62,594 bases of DNA, from the NCBI RefSeq assembly GCF_026571515.1, contig NW_026863092.1, positions 124,001 to 186,594 of the forward strand, given 5' to 3'. Below the pieces are notes generated by a model that saw only the letters and a list, made by a program, of their open reading frames with translations, was not told where the DNA came from and did not search any database. A program made the position numbers and the translations under genes. This document shows, piece after piece, positions 1 through 13,653 of the stretch. Source of the DNA: Ruditapes philippinarum (lineage: Eukaryota). How positions within the stretch are numbered: the first letter of the stretch is position 1; each line of letters begins with the position of its first letter.

Positions 1-3000
1 AAACAAAAGCCAATGTTATTGTCGTCGTGCAAAAGCTTTAATGCAGACCATTACTTGAACAAGTTACTTATAGTTGGTTACCATTATACCAACCCTGCCT
101 GCATTATGCCCTAATTATGTACTAACGGAACCAATAAAATAAAGATAAACACCTCCTAACATCAGTCATGAGTAAATACGCATCTTAACAATTAGTGTAT
201 CGCTGTTTAAAAGTTAATATTAAACTGATTAGAGTTCAGAGAGATTTGTGAAAAAAGGCTTATGCGTATTTTTATAACGACTTGTATGTACGATAATACG
301 ATAACTAACACGTTTGATTCCGAACAGTGACAATCAGTATGGTGTCCAGATCATCTCTTTTATTGTTTTTCATGTCCACATACAGACAAATTTATGAAAC
401 CATACAAAGGTGGTATTCTGCTAGAAATTAGAGTTTGTTCAAGGGGATTAGTACGCGGCTTTGATAATAAGTATTTGATCCGCTCTATATGAGGCGTGTC
501 TCTCGTTCGCGGATTTTTAGCTTGAATGGTTATTTTGCATTTATAATTTCATTGTAAAGGCCTTTTCTTGTTTTACAAAATGTGATAGATATTTATATTT
601 TAACAGAAAGCGCGCGGGGTGGTGAATCTACTTAAAGGACACTTTCTGTTGTGGGGTAGTTTATAAAAATTTATTTTAGTTCGATTGTGTTGTTAGCTAT
701 AAGCTTATTGAAACATTCTCGAATCCGTTCCTGGAACCAATCAGTACTAAGCAATGAATATAAAGTTTCTTGCTCGAGGAAACAACGGCTAAAATTGCAT
801 ATGACCTTAATTATGATGATGTGCCGTAAAACCAAATAAAATAAAACAAATAAATAAACTTGCATTAAGTGCAATCCGATAAAAAGTCTTACTAACACTT
901 TTGTAAAGATTGCATTAAATCGGCCGATTAATTTTACGTTTCAATGTAACTCGTTTGGCGAAACAAAAATATATAGTTAAACCTTTTTTCCCTACATTGT
1001 GTGCAGTTTTTTCATGCATGTGTGACATAATTGATTTTGCGCGCCCTTAGAAAATTATGCGCCATCTATCAATTTCAACGCAGGAAACACTGACACTTTT
1101 TGTGGAGAAATTTTAATTTATGTCGTTAAATGTTTAACGTATCTTGGAGACGGGATATTAGCACCATTTCTCTGATGACATAATCACTTAAAACTTTGTC
1201 AATTTAGTGAAAAGGTGAGGACACTTTTGAACAATTTTATCACATATGACCTGATTTATGTGTAAGGTTTGTTTGCTTTTAAAATTTTTCTATCATGCTT
1301 ACCGAAAACTGTTTCCAATTAATTGACAGGATTGTTTGTTTGTTTTGTAGTGTTTAAAGGCACACCGACACTGAGTAGACAATGTTAAATTTATTGTGTA
1401 GCAGGTGGAAGGAAATCTAAGGTATCCCTTCGGGCATTATGTTAGGCACGATTGCAACCTGAAGTCCAGATTTATACTTAAACTTTTGCAGGTCCGAGTG
1501 ACCGTAACTTTTGACATTTTGACCTGAAAATGAGTGTCACAGGAATACCTCATTCAGATGTATCCATATACAAAGTTTTAACTTACAAAGTCAATGCACT
1601 TTAAGGAATATTACCTCCGCTTTGAAGAGTATTTTTAATTAAGCTACAATTACTGTCAACTTTATTTTAACTTAGGGTCGTGGGATCAAACGCCAGTAGG
1701 GTCATTTTTTGTTTCCTTTTAACATTATTTAATATGTTTATGTAAGGAACTAAAAGCTTATTTTTTTCCAATGCTTATGCTGTTTTCGATAAAGATTCTT
1801 TAGACAAAATTAATGTGCTGTTGAAACAGTCGGCCTTTAAGAGAAGGGATCAGTTTTAACTGACAGCCAAACCATGGAGTTACTGGTACTATTTTGTACT
1901 TGCCCGATGTAACGTTCCTTTGGATTAAGTATGTGATCATCTGCAGATAGCCGTATCATTTTAATGGTTTAAGAGGTGGTAAGTGTTACGATATACATTT
2001 ACCACGAACGAGTCCGTACAATTTTTATGCTTGCTTAAAACCTAATGTTATTTTGACTTTGTTAAAAGCTAACATTGTAACACTACGACTCTGTGTGTTG
2101 ACATCCTCGATATTTTGGCAGCAAGACATTTATATCTTTTCATATACACTATTTGTCGTATTAAATTAATAAGTATTTAAAAGTGGGTGGGGTAGGGTAA
2201 CATTTTTATACGCATGAAAAACATTTTGTTTAGAAACAATCATTTTGCTCGTGTAATTCGTTACCTAAAGGTTATTATTTGTTTCTTAACAATGAGCAAT
2301 AGGAAAACATTTTTCATAATGATGATATTATAGATTATTTAGAGTTTCCTCATTTCTGAAATAAAATCACTTGTAATAGCAAAGTTTTAATTCAGAAATA
2401 TATCCATAACTCATTAACCACACGGTAAATTTTATTTAAATTTGCACACAGGTGACCTTTAAGACACGTGAATGTCCTATGTTTCCTTATAGTGCCCATT
2501 ACCCATGGTCTACCTTAATTAAGGAACGACAATAAAGTTAATACCAAATAGTTCCTCCTCACTTGAGTTTTTTTCTTTTGCATAAGTGGATGTCTACGTA
2601 GAACTTCAGATCATTTAAAGTTAGCTGGATTACTTTTGCATAATGATTATGAAATGAAAAAAATTTCTTTGCGGGACCTAAACACAGGGTGGAAAAGTGC
2701 CTTAAATTAGCGAGGTTAATAAAGTTCTCCTGGTGATAAAATGTTGCGTTTTTTGTTGTTTTTTTGTGTGTTTTTTTTTTTGCATTTCACTTGCATTATC
2801 GGGTTATCAGCATTGCTAACCAAGGTATGTTATTTTTTATTTGTTTATTTTTGAAACTTTGTATTAATACAAACGTATTATCAAAGCGCGGATGTTTATG
2901 TGAAACATTCACAAAAGTGTATTGTACACAAAGAAATAACAACTGCAATTTAAAGTTTGTTTAGTCGATTGACAAATAAATGCATGTTGATTTATAGATT

Positions 3001-4564
3001 GAAAACAAACGGCTTTGAAGTTTTGGCGTTATACGAGACAAAATAGTAAGGCAAAACAAAATTAACGAAAGCAAAGAATGCCGCTATCGAACATTTAACG
3101 AATTGAAACAGCCCTACAAACATCGATCTGATAATTAATGTATACCACCGTGTACACCAAGTAACGCATGAATATTGTGTTGCACCGTATAGAATAGAAT
3201 AAAATAATTTTATTGAACAAAAGGCAAATGCCTGTAAGTACATATATACAAACACATAATACAAAGGTTTTTTACAAAATAATCAGTGGCGGTCCAATTC
3301 TATATAAATCATCATAAATGTATGTAATCGTAAAAAATATCAATCATCACTGCATGCAATCATTATCATTTTGCAAACTATACGGCTTACGACATACATA
3401 GCTTACGCGTGAGCCGTATACTTTGGGTGAAAACGTATACATCTTACGGTGAGCTCTATTCGTAAGTTGACAACGTATTCAACTTACGTAAGCTGTATAC
3501 TTTGGATATGTGCATCCAAATTCAAGCAAATATTTTGTCTTTACGCATTTAGCTCTAATTCTATGTCATCAATATTGTAAAGATTAAAATTCGAATTTTG
3601 ATAACTTGATTATTTTAAAATTGCACGTTAACACGTTTTAACTTCGTCTGCCTTCATAAATGTATGGATTTACTTTTGGTTATATTCATTTCTTCAATGT
3701 CCGTCTATGAAATCGTTTTTTTTTGTTTTTTTTTTTTGGGGGGGCAAATTCTATATTTGCGTTTTTTATTATTTAGTTCTCCAAAAAAGATTAAGCGAGT
3801 AGCACTGTTTATCAAAGGAGATTAACATGCCAGCAATTTCGGAACATGTAATAAACGAATGTAATCATTCCAATTAAATACACATTTGACCATAAAATTA
3901 TTAAAACCTTAATCAGATAAAAGAAAGAGCTAACAAGTAAGTGCTAAAAATGAGACAGAATGACAGACAGAAAAAAATACATGTATGCCTCAAGTAGCCA
4001 GTGACAATCATTGGCCGTGATCAATGATTTCCACCATGGTGCAATACATTTGTTAATGTTATCATTTTTATTACGTTTTTTTTTGTCTTTACAGTTCAAT
4101 GTCATTCTACCAATTGGCACTTTTCGGGCATTTCCGTTAAACTTCGGAAAAGTATTTCGAACACAAAAGAATGGTTTCGGTATTGCAGTCTAACTTAAAC
4201 AAGTAAAAGACAAATGCTTGGATTTGTTGACTTAAGTTATTCCGTTATATCGCGCATTTATAAAATCCACCTAAATAAATTAAATCTATAGAATATTAAA
4301 GTAAACATGAGATAATAACATTACTTTTTATGTTTGTAGAAACCGAAAATGCGCACGTTTACCTGTTGATGATATGTTTAACTTGGTTACAATCTTACGT
4401 CAATGTCAAATCTTTTATTTATTCTGATTGACATACTTTTCACTCATGATTTTATCGGAAAGGGCTATTTTCTTTTGGATGTCCATAAGATACATTTGCT
4501 ACTCATTAAACACCCTCTGGTTATTTAAACAGATTGTAAGTAAGGTGCTAGAACTAATTTCAAC

Positions 4565-6846
4565 CTGTGCTGTCTCCGGTATGATTATGATTAAGAGGCG
4601 AGGCGCTCTGAATTTTTGTTAAATACCTCTGATCTACTCTGATACGGACCAGACATACAATATGCTCAACAATGGACGGACAGAAAATTGTTTGTTAAAC
4701 CAACCCTGTGCATAATGCCATAGCTGACATTTCTGCAAATAATTTCCAGCTATTTCAATAACGTCAAGAAATACAGAGAAAGCACAACATTTTGCATAAC
4801 CTGTCGTCTGCACAGCATCTCAATAAGGTCAAGATTTGTGCGCAATAATTTTGATTCATTTCAATATGATAAAAAGAAACAGAGACGCATTGAACTTCTA
4901 AAGAATCATGGACAGCCGGAGTAATGTGTCAAGAATCATGTCAAAGTACTCACCCTCACCGTCGGGAACATTCCTTTTATGAAGCGTCTTGTTCTACTGA
5001 ATGTCAGGTTACGTCCCCATCTAAAATAGAAATACGTAGTACTTATCATATAAACACGTTAATAGTGTATTTTTATAGTAAGTCTAGTATGATAACAATT
5101 CGTATAGTCAGTAATAACATTAATTAAATCATTTTGCAATGTATTAAAGCACATTTGCGCATTTCGAAATCCAGTTCGAACCCTTGCCACGCTAAATACC
5201 TTAAATAGATTTGTTCATTCTTCAATCTACATTTTAATTTAGGTACTGACTGAATAACGAACAGTGCAGGCCATGATCAGACCTCACAGATTCGCCAAAC
5301 TTTTTCTTAAATAAAATGCTTTTACACCGAGACTCTAGCGATCGAAAATGGCGGAATTTGATATGACGATAACCATTTAGGTAATTGTCTGCATACGAAA
5401 ATAAAAAAACAGTTCCAAAAATAAGTGATAAGGATAAAACGTATAAAAAATATGCATCCAAATAGATATAGTTCTTATTTAAACCATACTCATTAAAAAA
5501 TGACAGGGTTCCATTTGACAAATTTACTATTGTATGTTAACTGATTGTTGAAGAGTAAGTGCGAAAACAAACAAAATTCTAAGGCAATTCAATTGTCGTG
5601 CTGTTTATGTTCTCAAGTTTTTTGTTGTTTTGTTTTTTTTTTGCAACAAAATGTACAATATTAACTGTTGTTATATAAAAGTTGTTACACACATTTTTGA
5701 TATTAAACTCTCATCGGCCAGATTTGTAAACAGGCATTAAAAATATGAACGCCAAAAAAAACGTACGCCTGTAATGTATGAGCAGTATATATACCCTGAA
5801 TCTTTTCCAGTGTGTATAACTTAAGGAACATTCTAATCTTCTTTTCAATTCTGGCTTTGCATGCGGTCCGGGTGACGTGAACCGCGATAACGAACTTGTT
5901 TGTCATTGATGGGCCTTTTCGGGAATATGAATTTATGGGCCACGTCTATAGACAATATCACTATATGTTAACAATAGTTGGTGGTACAAACTGTTAACAA
6001 AACTACTTGAAACAGTGGTTGCCAATCAGTTAAATATACAATTGTTGCTGGAATAATGTCAAACCAAATATATAAGATTGTAGTATGATCAAATAAAGTA
6101 AAAGAAAATAAAAAAACACACATGAACGTTAAAATTGCAGTTTACCCGTTGATACGTATGTACATGAAAGAGTTTTGTCTGTCTTGCTGAAACCAGCTCC
6201 TACAAAAAAGTACTTTTTATAACTGCCTTTATATATGTACACTCGTACGTACCATATATATATAACTGCCTTAATATATGTACACTCGTACCATAATTAT
6301 AACTGCCTTAATATATGTACACTCGTACCATATATATATATATAACTGCCTTAATATATGTACACTCGTACGTACCACATAATATATAACTGCCTTAATA
6401 TATGTACACTCGTACGTTCCATATATATAACTGCCTTTATATATGTACACTCGTACCATATATATATAAATGCCTTAATATATGTACACTCGTACCATAA
6501 TTATAACTGCCTTAATATATGTACACTCGTACCATATATATATAACTGCCTTAATATATGTACACTCGTACGTACCACATAATATATAACTGCCTTAATA
6601 TATGTACACTCGTACCATATATATATAACTGCCTTAATATATGTACACTCGTACCATTATTATAACTGCCTTAATATATGTAAACTCGTACCATATATAT
6701 AACTGCCTTAATATATGTACACTCGCACCATCTATATAACTGCCTTAATATGTGTATACTCGTATAAAACGTTTGAATACACAGTTCGTATATTTAGAAC
6801 CTTTGATTCTTCAACGTATTTTACATCAACCTTTATGCACCTGTCC
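4565..6846 (-). CDS. Possible spliced gene of unknown product (candidate exons only)
   Basis: AG/GT-bounded open segments at 5945-5795, 5388-~5250, 5020-4954, 4607-4565 and possibly one starting near 6845. Junctions 5795>5388 and 4954>4607 are phase-compatible; the ~5250>5020 junction needs a weak donor. No recognisable domain. Confidence 0.3.
6218..6765. repeat. Minisatellite, ~14 units of 36-45 bp
   Basis: TATAACTGCCTTAATATATGTACACTCGTAC(GTAC)CA(TA)n repeated in tandem. Confidence 0.95.
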
Positions 6847-8671
6847 TGCAAAGATCACAAACAATCGTTGACTCTTTTTTTCTTTCTTTTCTTTTTTCCC
6901 TCGTCCGGAATTCGATTACAGAACAACAAAAGAGGAAAAAGTCGAAAAAAAAAAAAAAAAACATGTTGAATCTCAAAAAAGTAATGGAAAGGTGCGTTAA
7001 ATATGTGTACTTGTATTAAATCTTTGTGAACAAAAACATGTTTCTTGTGTTGACACGTCTTATTAAAATGGTAATGAAGTCGAAATGAAATAAAGTTTAA
7101 TATAATATTACAAAACATTTCTCTGACTCAAAAGATTATGGCATGCTAAAATACCATCATTACATGTTCTCCTAAACTACGAAAATAACATTTGTTAAAG
7201 CAGAAGATTATTGTTACAGTATAAAAATGTAATTGTTTTCACTAGTAGTTAAGTATTGTTATTTAAAGTTTTTAAGAAATCCATAAATATGCCATCGTTT
7301 TTAGTTGTTCTTGCACGTGGTAGGAATAAAGGGAAATGTAGTTTCGACTAACTATTATTTCAGAAATACGGTGCCATTGTATATGTCAAGACCGATGTGA
7401 ACTATAAATTAAAAATAAATAGTTCGTTAATAGTTGACTATAAAATTACATACCATCTATAAACGAAAATGAGTTTTAATAATCCGAAATTCCTTATATA
7501 GAGAAAGGTATAACACTACCCTTATCCGATAAGTCTGGAATATAGGCAATCCTTTGATAGCAAGTGATTTTATATTCCAGTTCAACCAATTTTCGAAAAT
7601 GGTCTTATTTTAGTTTTTTGTTATCTTCAAATAATCCAATGGTCTAAATATACTTTATTTAAACTACAACTTCATGGACACTTCATTAACTCGAAAAGAA
7701 CTACCAGTATTCAAACTGACCATTCGTTAAGAGAAGATCGTAATTAAATTGCGTAAGGACTTGTAGATTAACACCTTATTAGATAAAATGAGGCCCGTGT
7801 GGAACCCTTGCCAAATGATATTATAACATTAAAGTAAATTACACAATGGACTCATTACTTGGAGCAAAGTCTTTGAAATAAAAAAAGTATTAAATTAACA
7901 TTTAATGATGATATAATTCATTGTGAATATATAAAAAAAACTTCATTTATTTTTATTTTTTTGTAAGATTTAGTAATCTATGGGCCTCGGATTATAAGAA
8001 ATTTCTCCGTTACAATTGAACAATTGATGCCGGATATTATGTATTATGGCCATTTATCTCCCCGCTGTGGTTTTTAATTTGATTATTTTTCTAAAATACT
8101 ACAATATTTCTAATTTAATATAATTAGAAAAAACAAAATAAACGTTTACCCTCAAAGTACGGAATGAGTACATATGATAAGTTAACCCCTAAAGACCTGT
8201 CCGGGCTTCAATAACCATTCAATATTTACCGAAGTAATCAAATAATCTTGCCTATCTTTTATAATTGTAAAAACTTAAAGAATGTATGGTGAAAAATTAC
8301 GGGCGTATACGCCCTTCCTCGCGGCAATTATCTTATGTCTTTGATAAATGAAATGGTAAGCAATTCGGGTTATCTAGCTTTCTCCGTGAATTTATTTACC
8401 TTCCGATTAATAGTTCTGATTATCTTGTGAATATTTGAAAAGTTTCATTTTTAAAAGAGACGCATAAACGTTTTTGAAGCCTATCCCCTGGACGTTGGCT
8501 CATTTTCAAGCCCTCAAATGCCCGTTATTGCAAAGTGCACATACGCAGAACTAATGTGTTTTTGAATATTTGATTATTTTTTGGAAATGAAAGTTCGTGT
8601 ACATGGTTGAAAATTGAAACGGAATAGTTTGACGATAATTCAGTGCACATTATTCTGTATGTTAGGCGTCG

Positions 8672-8792
8672 ATTCATTCATTCATTCATTCATTCATTCA
8701 TTCATTCATTCATTCATTCATTCATTCATTCATTCATTCATTCATTCATTCATTCATTCTTAGCTAATATATACATTAAATAATAAATTGAT

Positions 8793-8827
<35 letters not shown>

Positions 8828-8829
8828 TT
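8672..8829. repeat. (ATTC)n and (ATTT)n microsatellites
   Basis: Direct reading: 8672-8759 and 8790-8829. Confidence 0.97.
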
Positions 8830-9408
8830 GTATTAATTTATTTCATTCATATATGTGTGTATGTTTAATCGAAAAGTTCATTGCCTGACGAATGCCAATC
8901 ACATTAGAATAAAATATTTATTTGATAGCATAAATACTTGTAGGAAGATAACAAAATCAGTGTGCATAATAATCAGAAATGTATTGGCGGGACGAGAACT
9001 CTGCAAGTGTTAATCGAATATTTTTGTTCGAATTGTTTCCCATCCCTTGCATAAATTCTTACCCCGTTTTTTTACAAAATTGAATATAAGCTGTCAATGT
9101 GTCAAACGTGTGCAAAATATTGTGATTTGCAACTATTACAATTACTTTATTTAGTTACTTTATCTAAAGCCAATACAGAGCTTATGTTAGGACTTCTTAT
9201 AATACTGCACGTTTGTTACGTCGCTTTTCATTTGATAATTGTGACGTTTATATAGTTTTTTATAATACTGCACGTTTGTAACGTTATTTTTCATTGGATA
9301 ATCGTGACGTTTATATAGTTTTATATACACGGCTGCTGTCGATTCATGAAGAAATCTTACTTTATTCTCTAATAATGATAATTGCTGTATTATAAATTCG
9401 TTATAAAG

Positions 9409-9528
9409 ATTGTTGACAGGTTATATGGCCGTATATATAAACGGCTGTTTGCAATATAACCCTCGCCTACGGCTCGGGTTATATTTACAAATAGCCGTTT
9501 ATATAGGGCCATATAACCTGTCAACGAT
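9409..9528. repeat. 120 bp hairpin with CCCTCGCCTACGGCTCGGG apex
   Basis: GTTGACAGGTTATATGGCC...GGCCATATAACCTGTCAAC arms; partial left-arm duplicate at ~9544-9660. Confidence 0.8.
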
Positions 9529-10643
9529 CATTATAACTAATAATATACACGGCTGCTGAAATCTCACTTTTTCCTCAAAAAAGGAACTTGCTGTATTAAA
9601 GATTCGTGATAAATATTCCTGACAGGTTATATGACCGTAATAAACGGTTGTTTGCAATAATATGATGATTCATTCTGGGGCATGTTACCTCGACGAATAC
9701 AGATCGAGAGTCAAGGGCTTTTAAGATATGATAAAAAAAGGTCGTTGATTAAGATAGATTTACAAAAAAAAACCGAGAATAATATGATCAAACAGTTAAA
9801 TATTAAGACATAAATTAAAGCAATATTCTATTTATTTGTTAATCCGTTTATATTTTTACCAAGTAATACCCACACGTGGCCTAACGGACGTTAACAGTGC
9901 GTAAACAGAGAGGTAGTAAAAGAATTACATGGACAAACGCCGATGCGTTTGATATTAAGAATGGTGACGAAGTATTTTGAGCCAACTTAAAATTTCAGTT
10001 CTCCAATTATGCGGACAATCAACGTACTTAAACCGAGACAAAAGTATTTCGAAGGCAATTGCCGTACGTCGATCTTACTTGGGACACGCAATAACGTTAT
10101 CATGTCGCATAAGAGTTTACCCGTTTACACCGATCTGTCTGTTTGCAACTCGGTCATATTTTTCACAGGTTATCACTTCGTTATTCTAACGAAAACAATA
10201 AATCAAGTACAAGGTTGCAAGTCGTCTTTATCCAGTCATAACCGGTTCTCAGTACATGTACGCTTAACTCGTTTCAAGTGCGTTTATTGCGTTTTAAAGC
10301 AGTTATTACAACGTTTTCCCCATGAAACGTTTCCTTACTGGTCCGCAATCGCCCAGAACAATGAATATTTATTTTTTTTTTTTTTTTTGCAAGCAGAGCA
10401 TTGATACAATGAGATGGTAGACGGGAAAGACGAAAGGACATTCACTTTCTTGGAGGCATGATGATTACAAATGTTGTGAGTTTGATCGGTTGAACTAGAA
10501 TAAAGACTGGCAGAAAATTGCTGAGGTTTTATAGTTGACAAGCCAAGACGCGATTGCAATGACAATCTGAACGCAGTATTGACGTGATGAGGACGTGGTC
10601 AGAACGAGGTGGTCGTGTTACGAAGTCGTTCATGCGGTATAAG

Positions 10644-12608
10644 CACGGGGGAGGAAGTGTTACACGAAGGATGGAGTTCTTATGATAACTTGTTCAGGAG
10701 TTCTTGTGATAACTGTCACGGAGTTAGTCGGAAAACATCTGTATATACTACAAAAACACTCGTCAAAAATGGTTATTTTCATCTTTCCAAAATGAGTTTT
10801 AGGTGCTAAATTAAACTTTAATGATTAAGCTTGTCTTACATCCTGTATTATGTGTCAAAAACTAATTCACAGGCTAATTTTCATCGCCTATTGCTTCAAA
10901 TCTAGTAGTTTTGAGTAAAATTTCCAAATTACTTGCCAATTCACAAGTTTTGACCGGTTTTTGTGTGGCCTTCATCCTTTCCATACATAATTACCTATTT
11001 ATAATGCAAAATTGCAAACATAAAGCACCGGCTTACAGATTTATAGCCGATTTTTCAAATGTCCCGAAGTTCTTGTGATAACTCTGAAGATGTCACAGAG
11101 TTCTTATGATAACTTTTGTTATTGCTAGTGTGTTTCTTTGGCTAAATCACGGCACGTTTTGGCGTTTATTATCATTCAATAAGATTGTAAATCGTTATGA
11201 AATGCAGTACGATCATCCTTTGCACAAAAAATGTGGATAAAACGTTGGTCTCAAGTGTCTGCAAAGGATAAATAGGTGATAGACTATCATCTACAGTAAA
11301 ATTGAACCAGCAGCCACTGATATTCAGCAGTATAATGGCTTAAACCACAAAACAAAAATGTCTCAAAACGTACACGTTGTTCTCAGTTTCACATGTTTTA
11401 AGCAACCACATTTCTTAAGCAGACAATATATAGGCATGCTTCCCTTAAGTTATCTAAAGGCTAAGTAATTTGTATCACTTTATACCATAATAAATAAGTA
11501 TATAACCAGGATAATTTCCACACCTATGTCTTAAAAAAAGTACGATACATGATAAAAACTCAACTGCGGTTGGCTCTAACTACCAATCTCTCGAAAAAAT
11601 TTGAACTGTCCCTCCAGGTTCCAGATTTACCTAGAATGGGATTCAAACTATAATTCCCCAGGTGTTGCTTGTAAGTGTCGCAAGTCCTCTAATGTAACTT
11701 AAAACAACAGACAAAACTCTGAAACATATTAATCGCTGTACTATTATAACTGCTGTATTACGTAGAAAACAAATGTTTCTCTGATTGATGCAGTAACATA
11801 GATGCTGTACTGAGAAAAAATAGACTGTATGCCTGGATGAAAATGATAAAGGGCCAGAAACCTGCTAGGGGCTGGAAACTGCTAGGAAACCAGTACATAA
11901 ATCATTTTTCAAATCTACGAAATCTAAGTCAAACAAAAAAGTATAATATGAAAAAGAAACAGGGGGAAAGAAAAAATATCTCTTGAACTAAAATTCACTC
12001 AAAACAAACGTTATATATCCTTTTTTGCGCAAAGGATGAGCGTACTACATGTCAAAATGATTTACAATCTCAATGAATAATTAAAAACGCTAAAACGTGC
12101 CGTGATTTAGCGCAAGGAACACACTTGCAATAACATAAGTTATCATAAGAACTCTGTGACATCTTCAGAGTTATCACAAGAACTCCGGGACATTTGAAAA
12201 ATCGGCTATAAATCTGTTAGCCGGTGCTTTATGTTTGCAATTTTGCATTATAATTAGGTAATTATGTATGACAAGGATGAAGACCAGAAATAAACAGGTC
12301 AATACTTGTGAATTGGCAAATAATTTGAAAATTTTACTCAAAACTACCAGATTTGAAGCAAGAGGCGATTAAAAATGGCCTGTGAATTAGTTTTTGACAC
12401 ATAATACAAGATGTAAGACAAGCTTAATCATTAAAGTTTAATTTAGCACCTAAAACTCATTTTGGAAAGATGAAAATAACCATTTTTAACGAGTATTTCT
12501 GTAGTATATACAGATGTTTTCCGACGAACTCCGTGACAGTTATCACAAAAACTCCTGAACAAGTTATCATAAGAACTCCATCCTTCGTGTAACACTTCCT
12601 CCCCCGTG
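10644..12608. mobile_element. Non-autonomous DNA transposon with ~600 bp TIRs, CAC...GTG termini and 5-bp TSD (Transib/RAG-like; Chapaev-like possible)
   Basis: CACGGGGGAGGAAGTGTTACACGAAGG at 10644 and its reverse complement ending at 12608; ATAAG directly flanks both sides; arms ~10644-11258 and ~11995-12608; motif (G/A)AGTTCTT(A/G)TGATAACT occurs four times per arm. Confidence 0.88.
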
Positions 12609-13653
12609 ATAAGGAACGGAGTGGAACTAGCAACACAGCGGATTTAAACTTAACTGCAGACGCCATTCAAACTGATTAAATACGATGCTACCGGACAATT
12701 TTACCAGATTTATAAATGAGCTTCAGAAGAAGTAAAGACGGCATTGACGTATCACCAACGGTTTATAACTATTTAGGATCGATCGCATTGTTGATATTTT
12801 CATGCGAAATTTATACAATGCAATTAGACCACAGACCGTTCAAGAATATTTCCAGGAACTGGTTAGACGTGTTAAGAACTAGCTTGGTGTGAAAGCAGGG
12901 TGACACTGATTAAGCTACGTGAGACATCGGACCATTTTTTATGTCACGCGCTTCCTAGATCAGTAGAAGCTTGTAACACTTTTGTCACCTTTCAGGGCCT
13001 AATAATGAACTGACCAATGAATGAGCGTTTAAATCCTCTTTGATTAGTTACCGTTGGATAGTTAACCTTAAACTTATGAAACAAGCAATTGTATTGAAAG
13101 CAATGATTTTCCATAAAATCTAAAATTATCACTAAGGTAATTTACATCAACAGTGATTAAAAGGTTTTTCTATTAATTTATTTTTCAAAATGTTTGCCAA
13201 AGAAATCTTATTCCGTTAATGTCAGTTTATTTCTTTCTCTATGTAAGTGCAAATACAGTTACAAATTTTGTTTATACCTACGTATTTTGGACAGACTCAG
13301 CCAAAAAGCGTTCTTTTTGAATCTATGGTCTCTTTTTACGAACTCGTGTAACTAATCCAGACTGAACAACAGTTTTATTTAGTTTAACTTATTCCAATCT
13401 TTTAGAACAAACAAATAATAGAAAACAAGTAATCCGATTTTATTCACACGTTTTATGCAAACGTTTCTATAAATAAGTACTCAAAATAGTACACATTTAT
13501 ACATTTTTGACGATAATGGAAAATCAGGGGCGTGTCATCAAATCAGGAAAGATGCACGAAGTTTTCGTGCTAATCTTAGTGTACTATGAACAAAGTTAAT
13601 CAATACCACTAAATTTATGATAACGGTTATACATTTTTCAAAGTATGTTAAAC

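Noticed and set aside
4954-4971. T-box start (MFPTVR)
   Set aside because: Flanking residues do not match EMIITKxGRR or the rest of the T-box.
5001-5007. ATGTCAG|GT as first exon of the PhyH gene
   Set aside because: Phase fits but the donor is weak, it is 11.6 kb away and overlaps a better minus-strand exon candidate. ATG|GTAAG at ~8353 has the wrong phase.
6218-6765. CRISPR-like array; ORFs 6271-6582
   Set aside because: No unique spacers, only (TA)n variation; no cas genes; eukaryotic context. The ORFs are repeat artefacts.
10009-12910. ORFs 10009-10404, 10609-10809, 12457-12666 as genes; faint Tc1-like remnant around the insertion
   Set aside because: Two ORFs are mirror images from the TIRs; transposase similarity in the flanks is too weak to call.
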